Under the pieces are notes generated by a model, which saw only the letters and a list, made by a program, of their open reading frames with translations, was not told the DNA's origin and did no database searches. Shown here one piece after another: positions 12,228-22,015 of a stretch of DNA of 64,000 nucleotides (the first letter of the stretch is position 1; each line of letters opens with the position of its first letter). Position numbers and translations under genes: made by a program. Source of the DNA: an uncultured Planctomycetaceae bacterium (lineage in GTDB: Bacteria > Planctomycetota > Planctomycetia > Planctomycetales > Planctomycetaceae); assembly GCA_963815195.1 (NCBI GenBank), contig CAWFGE010000023.1, forward strand, positions 384,001-448,000. The letters run 5' to 3'.

Positions 12228-12262
12228 AAAAAAAACCCGCCGGGCGGGAAGACCGGCGGGCG
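12228..12262 (-). terminator. Probable intrinsic terminator
   Basis: cccgccgg...ccggcggg stem with an A-run on the + strand (U-tract on -), just downstream of the 12291 gene. Confidence 0.6.
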
Positions 12263-12290
12263 AGTGCAGAGCAAATCGGCGGGGCGGATA

Positions 12291-14108
12291 TTACCGGTTA
12301 AAGGGCGCGGTCAGGAGCGACAGCGGGTTGGTGCCCATGCCCCCCCGGCCGAAGTACCAGTTGAACGAAACGCGGGCTTCGCCGTCGAACAACTGATCCG
12401 ACCCATTGCCGATGGGCGCGACATAAGCCGCGGTGAGCATGGAGTTTTGTTTGAGCTGGATCGAAGCACCAACCAGCGCGTTCAAGATTTGCACTCCGTT
12501 TTGGTGGCTGCCGACCTGGAAGAGGCCGTTCTGCACCACGTCGGAACTCTGCAGCGAACGGTTGTAATGCAATTCGGCCGTCGGGGCGATGCCCGAGAGG
12601 AAACTGCCGGGGTTGTTGTTGCGGTACACCCAATAGCCCATGCCCATGTCGAGATACATGTAGGTCGAATCGTTCGCGACGCCCGCCTTGCGAAGGCCGT
12701 TGCCGTACAGATTCATGTCCACCGGGTTCCCGTTGGAATCGAAATCGAACTGCAAAAACCCCTGGGCGAACATGCGGTTGTTGGGCACCACGACCGCCCC
12801 CAAGAAGGGCATCAGATGCACAGAGTTGTTCCGCACGCGAACCAAAGGCGTCCCGTTGCTCATCGACACGCGGATGTCCTGTCCGGTCGGCAGCGACGTG
12901 GCCAAACCGCCGGCGATGGCGTAATTGTTGGTCCGGTAAAGCAGGCTCTTGAGCGCGAGGTAAATGTTCCCAAACTGGATCTGGTTCGTGTTCGTCGATC
13001 CGTCCACCAGCAGGTTATTGCTGAGCGTGGTGGCGAAGGGGAATCGGCATTCCAAAGAGGAGTTGCCGCCGAAGAACGTCTTCTCAAACCCCGGACTGAA
13101 GCGGTTGACATTCACCCCGCCGGGAAACAAGGGCGTGTTGTCGAAATAGTTGTAGCTCATGAACACGCGGTCGCGGGGGATGGGGCTTGTGTTCTCGGCG
13201 ATTTTCTGCCGGCCCACGAGCACGCCGCCGGTGCTGGGGCTGACGGTGGGAATCACCACAATCGGCGATTGCCCGTTGCCGCGGGTGATGACATAAACCG
13301 GCGCATTGGGGAACATGTCATTCGAGGTCTGATCGTGGACGTTGGCGGTGTCGGGCGTTTTGGTGGCGGTGAAGAGATATTGGTTATCGCTGCCGGGCGG
13401 GAAACCGTATTGCGTCAGATTGACGCCTTGCAGTCCCGAGACCATTCCCGGTTGCACCGGGTCGCCGTTCTGCTGGAAGGCGAACATGTAACCTTCCGGC
13501 GTCACGAAGAACGCGGAGCTTCCCCCGCCTCCGCCTTGGAATCCCACGGGCGTCAGGGATTCGTTGATCAGATGGAAATCGTTGATGCCCTGCTGCGTCG
13601 GCATGCCGCCCACCGAGGTCGCGTGCAAAATCCCCCGGCCGATAATCAGCGGCACGTTGAACTGCCCCGTCCCTCCGCCGAAGAAATCCCCGATCATCGC
13701 GGGCGCGTTGCCGAATGCCACGTCCGGCGATCCCAACCCTGCTTGGGGGGTGGAGAGCGCGAACTGGGGCGTCTCCGGCGGATTCGCCGTGAGATCCGGG
13801 TTGGTGTCCGGCAAGGTAATCGGCGGCGTCGTCTCCGGCGGCGTCTTTTCTGGAGGCGTTTTCTCTGGTGGCATCTTCTCTGGTGGGGTTTTCTCTGGCG
13901 GCGTTGGCACGGGCGACCAGGGATGCATCTGCGGAGACTGCGGGATGGGATGGGCACAGCCCGGCGGCAACGCAGCGCACGACCGGACGGAAGAATGCGG
14001 CCAAATCCCCTGTGGTGATGCGGTTTGTGCCGAACCGATCGCCGGGAACATGCCGACGGCCCCCGCCAACAACACCGCCGACCCCGCGCGTTTCCAACCG
14101 AGAAGCAT
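12291..14108 (-). CDS. Planctomycete-type secreted/outer-membrane protein with PPEKT repeats
   Basis: GGAGGA RBS upstream, signal peptide, GRQKIAENTSPIPRDRVFMSYNYF motif, beta-strand-rich C-terminus ending ...VSFNWYFG. Confidence 0.7.
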   Translation of the reverse strand: MLLGWKRAGSAVLLAGAVGMFPAIGSAQTASPQGIWPHSSVRSCAALPPGCAHPIPQSPQMHPWSPVPTPPEKTPPEKMPPEKTPPEKTPPETTPPITLPDTNPDLTANPPETPQFALSTPQAGLGSPDVAFGNAPAMIGDFFGGGTGQFNVPLIIGRGILHATSVGGMPTQQGINDFHLINESLTPVGFQGGGGGSSAFFVTPEGYMFAFQQNGDPVQPGMVSGLQGVNLTQYGFPPGSDNQYLFTATKTPDTANVHDQTSNDMFPNAPVYVITRGNGQSPIVVIPTVSPSTGGVLVGRQKIAENTSPIPRDRVFMSYNYFDNTPLFPGGVNVNRFSPGFEKTFFGGNSSLECRFPFATTLSNNLLVDGSTNTNQIQFGNIYLALKSLLYRTNNYAIAGGLATSLPTGQDIRVSMSNGTPLVRVRNNSVHLMPFLGAVVVPNNRMFAQGFLQFDFDSNGNPVDMNLYGNGLRKAGVANDSTYMYLDMGMGYWVYRNNNPGSFLSGIAPTAELHYNRSLQSSDVVQNGLFQVGSHQNGVQILNALVGASIQLKQNSMLTAAYVAPIGNGSDQLFDGEARVSFNWYFGRGGMGTNPLSLLTAPFNR

Positions 14109-14417
14109 AGGATTCCTCCATGAATGCAATGCGAGCGAAATGCGGAACACCCGGTGCGAGGAGAGAATCCCCAAATGGACGAAGGGTTCCACCTCCAACA
14201 ATCGGCAAATCCGCGCCACCTGTCAGAAACGAATCCGCCCAAGTCCGCAAAATCCCGGCATCCGCCCCGCCGCCGCTCCGACTCCTTAGATTGGGTAAAC
14301 TTTGAGGGGCCCTCACGCGTCTTGACCGCGTGTGATAGAATGAGACATGGGCGGAGAACCGACGGAGATTCAAAAGCAGCCGGCATCGGCCGGTGAAACC
14401 AATACAAGGAGAAACAC

Positions 14418-16937
14418 ATGCGAAATCGCTGGTTTCTTGTGGGGGCGTTGGCGGTGGGATTGCTGGGGCCGGGCCGGCCGGCGACGGCCCAGGAGACGGA
14501 ACTCTCAGCGGCCAAGGTTTTGCGGTCGATCGACTTGGGCAAAGCCTTTCTGATTCGCCAGCAAAACGACGATGGCTCCTGGTCGTTGTCGCACAAAGTG
14601 GCCTTGGCGTCGGAGCATCAGCCGGGCATCACCAGCCTGGCTCTGCTCGCGCTTCTCAATTCGGGGATGACGCTCAAAGACGAGCCGGTCCAAAAAGCCC
14701 TCAAATACCTCAGGGAAGACATACGCGAATCCGAACCCGATTGGACCTACGATATCGCCTTGATGATTATGGCCCTCGAAGCCGCGGACGAGGGGCAGCG
14801 GGATTACCCCCGAATCGCCCGCCTGGCCCGGAGGTTGGAAGATTCGCAAACGCTCACGGGGGAGCATCGTGGCTCGTGGGGCTACACCGCGTCCGGAAAA
14901 GGCCCGACCGCCGGCTGGGAAGGCGACCGCAGCAACGCCCAGTATTCGATTCTTGGCCTGCACGCGGCCGCGGAAGCGGGCGTGTCCATCAAACGCGCCA
15001 CCTGGGAGCGGGCCCGCCAGCATTGGCTCGACAACCAAGGACCCGACGGCGGCTGGAACTATACCTCCCGGGCGGACTTTCGCAATACCACCGGCAGCAT
15101 GACCGCCGCGGGCATCGCATCGCTGGTGATTACCCAATCGCATCTCCGCGATCCATCCCAGGATGAGACGCCCGACGGCGAGCCGCTCTGCTGCCGAATG
15201 CAGACCGACGACGACGCCCTGGAAAAAGCCCTGGCCTGGATGGGAAAGTATTACAATCCCGCCGTCAATCACGGCAACGCCCGCAATCGCATTTTGTATT
15301 ACACCTACGGCGTCGAACGCGCGGGCCGCTTGAGCGCCCGCCGGTTCTTCGGCGACCACGACTGGTATCGCGACGGGGCGAAGTTTCTGCTCAACAAACA
15401 ACAAAACGGGCAGCTCATGGGGGCCTGGGTCGGCGAAGGGGCTTACGAAAAGGACCCCGTCGTCGGCACCAGCTTTGCGCTGCTGTTTCTTTCCAAAGGC
15501 CTTTCGCCCGTGCTCGTGCAAAAGCTGATGTACGGCGAACCCAAAGGCGCGAACGCCGTCCGTACCGGCCATTGGAACCGGCACGACAGCGACATCCGCC
15601 GATTGACCGAGCACATCAGCAAGCTCCCCAAGTGGCCCAAGCTCGTCACGTGGCAGGTGCTCAATCTGAATAAAGTCGCCGAGAACGTTCAAGGGGCCCG
15701 CCAGGTCCCGCCTATGCCGAAAAAGGCGGAGGAACAGGCACCGAAAGCCGATCCCATCGCCGAACTCCGGCAGGCGCCGATTTTATATCTCAGCGGCGAC
15801 TCGGCTTACTCGTTCACACAGCTTGACGCCAGCATCCTGCGAGCGTATGTCGATCAGGGCGGGTTTATCCTGGGCGTGGCGAACTGCCCGGAAAACGGCA
15901 CCGAGTTCGAGAAGTCGTTCCGCGACCTCATCGCGAAAATGTATCCCCAAGGTGAAGCGACGCTCCAGCCTTTGACCAATGACCACCTCGTGTTCCGCAG
16001 CGAATATCCGCTCAACGGGGACAACTTCGACCTTTTGGGCGTCGATGTCGGCTGCCGGACGGCGATCATGTTTTCCAAGGGCGATTTGGGCTGTTTGTGG
16101 GATATGATCGAAACGCCGAAGCCGGAAGGCCGCTCCGACAAGCTCGCCGCCCGCATCGAACGCGACACCCGCATGGGCGTGAACATCATCGCTTATGCCA
16201 CCGGCCGCGAGCCGCCCAACAAACTCGACGCCGAGGAAGCCCAGCCGATGGACGGCGAGCAGGACCGCATCGAGCGCGGCTTTCTGCAAATCGCGAAGCT
16301 CAAGCACTCGGGCAGTTGGGACGTGGCTCCGCGGGCACTCAAAAATCTCTTGATGGGCTTAAACCAGCAGGTCGGCCACATGGCCACGACCAAGGACAAA
16401 GTCATCACAGCCACCGATCCGGACATTTTTAAATATCCCCTGGTTTACATGCACGGCCGGACGGGATTTCAACTTTCCGATAAAGGCATCACGCGGCTCA
16501 GGGAGCATTTGGGCCGCGGCGGCGTGTTGTTCTCCGATGCCTGCTGCGGTGCCCCGGCGTTCGATCAGAGTTTCCGCAAGCTGGTGAAAGATCTGTTCCC
16601 GAACGCGGAGTTCAAACGCATTCCGATGTCGCACGAGATCTTCAAGGTGTTCCACAACATTTCCACCGTCCACCGGCGGGTGCCGGAGATCGTCAACCCC
16701 AACGAGCCGCTCGTGATCTCCGAGAAATCCGTGGAGCCGTACTTGGAAGGCGTGGAAGTCGATGGGCGGTACGTGGTGATTTACAGCAAGTACGACATCA
16801 GTTGCGCCCTGGAACGGCAAACTTCCGCCGCCTGCGCGGGCTACATCCCCAAAGATGCCCTCCACATTGCCGTGAACGTGGTGATGTATGCCCTGCTCCA
16901 GAACGCGAGCTATGTGGAAACGCTGAAGAAGAAATAG
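14418..16937 (+). CDS. Prenyltransferase/squalene-oxidase-repeat plus tandem DUF4159 domain protein
   Basis: QQNDDGSW, GDRSNAQYSILGL, QGPDGGWNY QW-like repeats; two DUF4159-like blocks (LRAYVDQGGFIL; LREHLGRGGVLFSDACCG). Confidence 0.8.
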   Translation: MRNRWFLVGALAVGLLGPGRPATAQETELSAAKVLRSIDLGKAFLIRQQNDDGSWSLSHKVALASEHQPGITSLALLALLNSGMTLKDEPVQKALKYLREDIRESEPDWTYDIALMIMALEAADEGQRDYPRIARLARRLEDSQTLTGEHRGSWGYTASGKGPTAGWEGDRSNAQYSILGLHAAAEAGVSIKRATWERARQHWLDNQGPDGGWNYTSRADFRNTTGSMTAAGIASLVITQSHLRDPSQDETPDGEPLCCRMQTDDDALEKALAWMGKYYNPAVNHGNARNRILYYTYGVERAGRLSARRFFGDHDWYRDGAKFLLNKQQNGQLMGAWVGEGAYEKDPVVGTSFALLFLSKGLSPVLVQKLMYGEPKGANAVRTGHWNRHDSDIRRLTEHISKLPKWPKLVTWQVLNLNKVAENVQGARQVPPMPKKAEEQAPKADPIAELRQAPILYLSGDSAYSFTQLDASILRAYVDQGGFILGVANCPENGTEFEKSFRDLIAKMYPQGEATLQPLTNDHLVFRSEYPLNGDNFDLLGVDVGCRTAIMFSKGDLGCLWDMIETPKPEGRSDKLAARIERDTRMGVNIIAYATGREPPNKLDAEEAQPMDGEQDRIERGFLQIAKLKHSGSWDVAPRALKNLLMGLNQQVGHMATTKDKVITATDPDIFKYPLVYMHGRTGFQLSDKGITRLREHLGRGGVLFSDACCGAPAFDQSFRKLVKDLFPNAEFKRIPMSHEIFKVFHNISTVHRRVPEIVNPNEPLVISEKSVEPYLEGVEVDGRYVVIYSKYDISCALERQTSAACAGYIPKDALHIAVNVVMYALLQNASYVETLKKK

Positions 16938-16986
16938 TAGGGGAGATCCCAACCAAAACTTGTTGTAGCGCGAGACGCATTCTCCG

Positions 16987-17382
16987 ATGAACAATCCTTC
17001 CGACAACTCCCAAACCGCCGTCTTGCTGATCGCGCACGGCAGCCGGCGGCCGGAGGCGAACGCCGACCTCGCGAAGCTCGCGGACCTGGTTCGCGAACGC
17101 GGGGAGCATCGCTGGGTGGAGATCGCGTATCTGGAAATCTGCGAGCCGACGATTCCCCAAGGAGTCGCCCGCTGCGTGCAACACGGGGCGGCCCGCGTTC
17201 TCATTCTGCCTTATTTCCTCTCGGCCGGTTCGCATGTCGTGCGCGATTTGGAGCGACACCGGCGGGAAGCCGCCGAAACGCATCCAGGAACGGCGTTTGA
17301 ACTCTGCCCGCCGTTGGGATTGCATCCCTTGATGGTGGATCTCGTGATGATCCGCCTCGCGGAGGGCGCGGAACATCATTGA
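16987..17382 (+). CDS. cbiX: Sirohydrochlorin chelatase CbiX/SirB (short form)
   Basis: LLIAHGSRRPEAN, AYLEICEP, PYFLSAGSHV, PLGLHP. Confidence 0.9.
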   Translation: MNNPSDNSQTAVLLIAHGSRRPEANADLAKLADLVRERGEHRWVEIAYLEICEPTIPQGVARCVQHGAARVLILPYFLSAGSHVVRDLERHRREAAETHPGTAFELCPPLGLHPLMVDLVMIRLAEGAEHH

Positions 17383-17490
17383 ACCGGTCTTGGCGGGATG
17401 CGGACGGTAAGCTGCCGCGAGATCGGGCGCGGGAAAGGGGATGCTGTTGGGAACGGAATTGACGGAAGGCCGAGTTGGAATGGCGTATGA

Positions 17491-19122
17491 TTACGATACG
17501 CTCGCGCCCTTGACTCGCTCGATAATTTGCCGCCGCGCTTCTTGGCGATGGATGATGCGGCCGACTAATTCTTGCGGGCGTTCGGCGAGTTCCGGGCGCA
17601 GATTCACGGCTCGCTGCAATAGGAGATCACCCTCGGTTTTTTCTCCCACGCCGGTCAACGCAACCGAACGAAGCAGCGGGTCCCAAAAACAATCCGGAAT
17701 CGAGAAATGCTCCGACGCGGCTAGGGCCTCCTGATATTCGCCCTGATCGAGTTGATGAATGGCCGCCGTCCATTGGACCCAACCCGGCAGACCGGCATTG
17801 AGCCGGGTCGCTTGCTCAATTAAACTCAGCCCGCGCTCGGCTTGGCCGTTGATCGTCAGCATGGCTCCCGCCGCTCCCACCTCGAAGGGGGCCCCGTTTG
17901 CATGTTCCACGGTCCGCTCCGCGGCGGCCAGGCTCTCTTCCGGGTTGCCGTGCATTAAGTGATACAGCCCGGAACTCCAATGGGCAAAAGCACAACTCGG
18001 GTCGGCTTTCAAAGCTTGTTGGACGCAGTACAGAGCCTGCTGGGAAGCATCCGGCGACTTAGTCTTGGAGACCATCGCCACGCCATTGAGATGCAACGTG
18101 GCCAACGCGCTCCAAGCCAAAGCCACATTGGGAAAGGCTCTGACAATCTTCGTGACGGATTGGACAATCCGCGTGTAATCTTTATCCCCCAGGTGCATTT
18201 CGTAATCAAAGAACTGAAAGAGAGATTCAATGGCCGTCGCCTTCTCGGTCCGTTTTGTCAGCGAGGCCGACCGAATGGCTCGCGACAAAATCCCGAACAC
18301 ATCGCCCAGCAGGAGAGCCGCATTCCGCGCGAGTCGATCCAACTCGTGCTGCAGATTCTTGCCGGATTTGCAATCGAAAGACTCCCCCCAGATGACGACG
18401 CCATTGTCAGCCTGAAGGAACTGAAGCGTAATTCGACACCCCTGCGGGACTTCCCGAAACGTGCCCCACAAGCAATAGTCCGCCTTGAGACGCGATGGAA
18501 GACTCCAGGGGGCGGCTTCGTGTGGCGGTAATCGTTGCGTCATCAAATAGTCAATCACTTGAATCCAACTGTATCGACTGAGATGGATACACAGGTCCTG
18601 CGCCAAGCCGTCAGCCAAACAGCGAATCTCTTCCCCGCCGCCAAAGGTGACAAACGGAAGGATCGCCACGACGGGCCGCCCCAGCGAATCGTCTTGGAGA
18701 CTCGTCTCGGCCGTTCGCTCGGGTGACGCTGTTTCCGTTGCAGGAATTTCATCCTCATCCCTTTGCTGGAAGACGGGGCGATAACCGCCTTTGGGCATTT
18801 CGATTTTGAGGGCGTTCGATAAGCCGTCTTTGGCATAATACCGATCCAACGCCCGCCGCAGCTTGCCGGCAACGACACGGACGATCGGATCAAAACGGGA
18901 GTCAAAGTCCGCCCCTCGATCCAAAGCGTTTCGGGCGACGGTGCGCTCCTTCAGGCGTTCCGCATTTCCCGCCAGCGATTGTTCGACGATATATCGCAAA
19001 AACCGCGAAAGATGCTGCGAAGCCGCAAAGTCCTCGGAGGCCAAAACCTGCTGAAGCTCTGCTTGGATGGCTACTGTTTTCGCCTCACTCAAGACGACTT
19101 CGTAAGACATGGCCGACCTCAT
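17491..19122 (-). CDS. TolB-N/adenylate-cyclase-like TPR regulatory protein
   Basis: VLASEDFAASQHLSRFLRYIVE, DPIVRVVAGKLRRALDRYY, PKGGYRPVF, VAILPF, C-terminal TPRs; alternative start at 19110. Confidence 0.8.
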   Translation of the reverse strand: MRSAMSYEVVLSEAKTVAIQAELQQVLASEDFAASQHLSRFLRYIVEQSLAGNAERLKERTVARNALDRGADFDSRFDPIVRVVAGKLRRALDRYYAKDGLSNALKIEMPKGGYRPVFQQRDEDEIPATETASPERTAETSLQDDSLGRPVVAILPFVTFGGGEEIRCLADGLAQDLCIHLSRYSWIQVIDYLMTQRLPPHEAAPWSLPSRLKADYCLWGTFREVPQGCRITLQFLQADNGVVIWGESFDCKSGKNLQHELDRLARNAALLLGDVFGILSRAIRSASLTKRTEKATAIESLFQFFDYEMHLGDKDYTRIVQSVTKIVRAFPNVALAWSALATLHLNGVAMVSKTKSPDASQQALYCVQQALKADPSCAFAHWSSGLYHLMHGNPEESLAAAERTVEHANGAPFEVGAAGAMLTINGQAERGLSLIEQATRLNAGLPGWVQWTAAIHQLDQGEYQEALAASEHFSIPDCFWDPLLRSVALTGVGEKTEGDLLLQRAVNLRPELAERPQELVGRIIHRQEARRQIIERVKGASVS

Positions 19123-19302
19123 TCAAGCGGGCCGCCCTGCCCTGGAAACGGTGCGAGAACGAACGGTTAACTTCAATCGGGTTACGGTAAATTACTTTCA
19201 TCGGTCCGTCGCGCATTGTAGTTTGACCGGTGTCGATCACCAAGCAGGTTTTTCCCCGATTGCCTTTGATGTCTTCACATTGTTTTCACAGAGCCTCAAT
19301 CC

Positions 19303-19560
19303 ATGGATAGAGAAACCCTGGTGGAATTGGGAAAACGCCTCGAATCGGAGATCCCCAATGCCGCCGATGAAATCAACTGCCGTTTATGTGAAGAAGGACT
19401 GCGGGAGATGTGCCTTGAATACGAAGAATGCACACGCTCTTTGCATTATTGGGAGGAATCGCAATCGAATGACAAACGCCGCATCCGGGAATATAGCGAA
19501 CTTTTGGCCGATTTGGAGCGAGAGATTCTGTCCTACCTCAAAGCCCCGAAACGCGACTAG
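19303..19560 (+). CDS. Small helical hypothetical protein
   Basis: 85-aa ORF with LREMCLEYEEC and IREYSELLADLEREI; divergent from the TPR regulator. Confidence 0.6.
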   Translation: MDRETLVELGKRLESEIPNAADEINCRLCEEGLREMCLEYEECTRSLHYWEESQSNDKRRIREYSELLADLEREILSYLKAPKRD

Positions 19561-19811
19561 GCTAGGATTTCTTCGCAATGGACGGATCACTCCGAGGGGG
19601 GGTGATTGTTTCCGTAGCGTTGGCTTCCAGCCGCCGACCGGAGGGCGCGACCGTCGGTCCCTATGGCGGAGTGGCCGTTATGGAGCGGCGGGATACCGTC
19701 GCACCGCGGTGGGAGTCCGCCGCTTCGAATTATTAAATCAAAAGCTTTTCGAAGAGTGGTCATGTCGTCCACACAGCAACGTTGTTCCTTTCGACTGAGG
19801 AGTTTTTTCAC

Positions 19812-21410
19812 ATGCAGAAAAGTTTCAGCTACTTAATCGTTTCGTTTTTGGTGGTGGGGGTTCTTAGCCCCGCTGCCGCCCAGGAAAACCGCAAACCGAA
19901 CATCGTCATCATTTGGGGCGACGACATCGGCCAGTCAAACGTCAGTGCGTATTCGATGGGCGTGATGGGTTACCGCACGCCGAATATCGACCGAGTGGCC
20001 AAGGAAGGCATGATCTTCACTGACTACTACGCCGAGCAAAGCTGCACGGCGGGGCGGGCTTCGTTCATCACGGGCCAGCACGGCCTGAGGACCGGCCTGA
20101 CAAAAGTTGGCCTCCCCGGTGCAGCGATCGGGCTGCAGAAGGAAGACCCCACGATTGCCACGCTGCTCAAGGAGCAAGGATACGCCACCGGGCAGTTCGG
20201 CAAAAACCACCTGGGCGACCGCAACGAATTTCTGCCGACGGTTCATGGCTTCGACGAGTTCTACGGCAACCTGTATCACTTGAACGCGGAAGAGGAACCG
20301 GAACTGCCCGACTATCCGAAAGACCCGGCCTTCCGGGCGAAATACGGACCGCGCGGCGTGCTCGATTGCAAAGCCACCGATCAGGATGATGCGACCGTCG
20401 ATCCGCGGTTCGGCCGCGTCGGCAAGCAGACGATCAAAGATACGGGCCCCTTGACCAAAAAACGCATGGAAACGATCGACGACGATGTTGCCGATCGCGC
20501 GTCGGAATACATCAAACGGCAGTCGGACGCCGACAAACCTTTCTTTGTGTGGGTCAACTTCACCCACATGCACTTCCGCACGCACGTGAAGCCGGAAAGC
20601 AAAGGCCAGTCCGGCCGCTGGCAATCGCCCTATCACGATGCGATGATCGATCACGACAAGAACGTCGGCACGGTTCTGAAAGCCATCGACGACGCGGGAA
20701 TCGCGGACAACACCTTCGTGATGTACTCGACGGACAACGGCCCGCACATGAATTCCTGGCCCGATGCCGCGATGACGCCCTTCCGCAATGAAAAGAACTC
20801 CAACTGGGAAGGCGCTTACCGCGTGCCCTGCATGGTCCGCTGGCCCGGAAAAATCAAGCCGGGAACCGTTTCCAATGAGATCATCGGACATCACGACTGG
20901 TTCCCGACGCTTTTGGCGATGGCCGGCGATTCCGACGTGAAACAGAAACTGATGGAGGGACACAAAATCGACGACATGACCTACAAGGTCCATCTCGACG
21001 GGTACAATCTGGTTCCGTACCTCACCGGCGAGTCCGACAAAAGCCCGCGGGAATCGTTTATTTATTGCAACGACGACCAGCAGGTCACTGGGCTGCGGTT
21101 TGACAATTGGAAACTGGTTTTCATGGAGCAGCGGGTCCGGGGAACATTGCGAATCTGGGCGGAGCCGTTTGTCTCCCTGCGCGTGCCGAAGATTTTCAAC
21201 CTGCGGACCGATCCCTACGAACGGGCCGATGTCACGTCAAACACGTATTACGATTGGCTGTTGGACCACGTCTTCCTGCTGGTTCCCGCCCAGGATTACG
21301 TCGGCAAGTTCCTGGCGACGTTCAAAGAGTTTCCGCAACGGCAAAAAGCGGCCAGCTTCAACCTGGATGAAGTCATGGAGAAGCTGAAGGAAAGCGGCGG
21401 AAGCAAATAG
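19812..21410 (+). CDS. Arylsulfatase (Cys/FGly type)
   Basis: Signal peptide, PNIVIIWGDDIG, SCTAGRA, GKNHLG, STDNG. Confidence 0.95.
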   Translation: MQKSFSYLIVSFLVVGVLSPAAAQENRKPNIVIIWGDDIGQSNVSAYSMGVMGYRTPNIDRVAKEGMIFTDYYAEQSCTAGRASFITGQHGLRTGLTKVGLPGAAIGLQKEDPTIATLLKEQGYATGQFGKNHLGDRNEFLPTVHGFDEFYGNLYHLNAEEEPELPDYPKDPAFRAKYGPRGVLDCKATDQDDATVDPRFGRVGKQTIKDTGPLTKKRMETIDDDVADRASEYIKRQSDADKPFFVWVNFTHMHFRTHVKPESKGQSGRWQSPYHDAMIDHDKNVGTVLKAIDDAGIADNTFVMYSTDNGPHMNSWPDAAMTPFRNEKNSNWEGAYRVPCMVRWPGKIKPGTVSNEIIGHHDWFPTLLAMAGDSDVKQKLMEGHKIDDMTYKVHLDGYNLVPYLTGESDKSPRESFIYCNDDQQVTGLRFDNWKLVFMEQRVRGTLRIWAEPFVSLRVPKIFNLRTDPYERADVTSNTYYDWLLDHVFLLVPAQDYVGKFLATFKEFPQRQKAASFNLDEVMEKLKESGGSK

Positions 21411-21475
21411 CTCTCGAGACGGCACCAAGAGGACTTTTTCCACTCGCCATTTTCCATTTCTCGGAGATTCGCCTG

Positions 21476-21868
21476 ATGCTTAAGCGATCCCTTGCCCCTG
21501 TCGTTTTCCTTCCTTTATTCGGTTGGAGCCTCTTATTCGGACCATTGACAGAAGCTTTGGCTCAGGAGGAAAAGGCTGACGCGACGTCCAGGGCCGACAG
21601 CGTCCTGCCGCTGCCGCCGGAGCCGTTCCAAGGGAAGATCGGCCTTACCTATAAAGATTCCGAGGCGGTCAAAGACAAACTGAAAATCCCGGCGACGTTC
21701 GGCTTAAAGGATCCGCCGAATATCCCCGGCACGGACTGGAACCGTTCGAGGTCGGCCGCGATTCCATCCCCCCCCCCCCCAATCGATCCGGCCTACAAGG
21801 GCAAGGACAAGTTCGAGTTCACCGGCAAGATCCAAAAAGTGAACTTCGAACTGACGTCCGCGAAGTGA
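21476..21868 (+). pseudogene. Internally deleted arylsulfatase remnant
   Basis: Leader and N-terminus end at ...DPPNI; the sequence then joins C-terminal motifs HGLEPFEVGRDSI (shifted frame) and PIDPAY...FEFTGKIQKVNFEL; C13 run at 21768-21780. Confidence 0.75.
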
Positions 21869-22015
21869 CCGGATAATCCGCAAATCCAAAACGGAACATC
21901 ATAAACAGGGCGAAGGGTTTATGGATCACCGGCTTTTGATCAAGTGGAGGCCTGGCGGTATCGATACAAATTCACACGTTGTGTGACCATCGCGTGATGA
22001 CGAACGCCATTCGGC

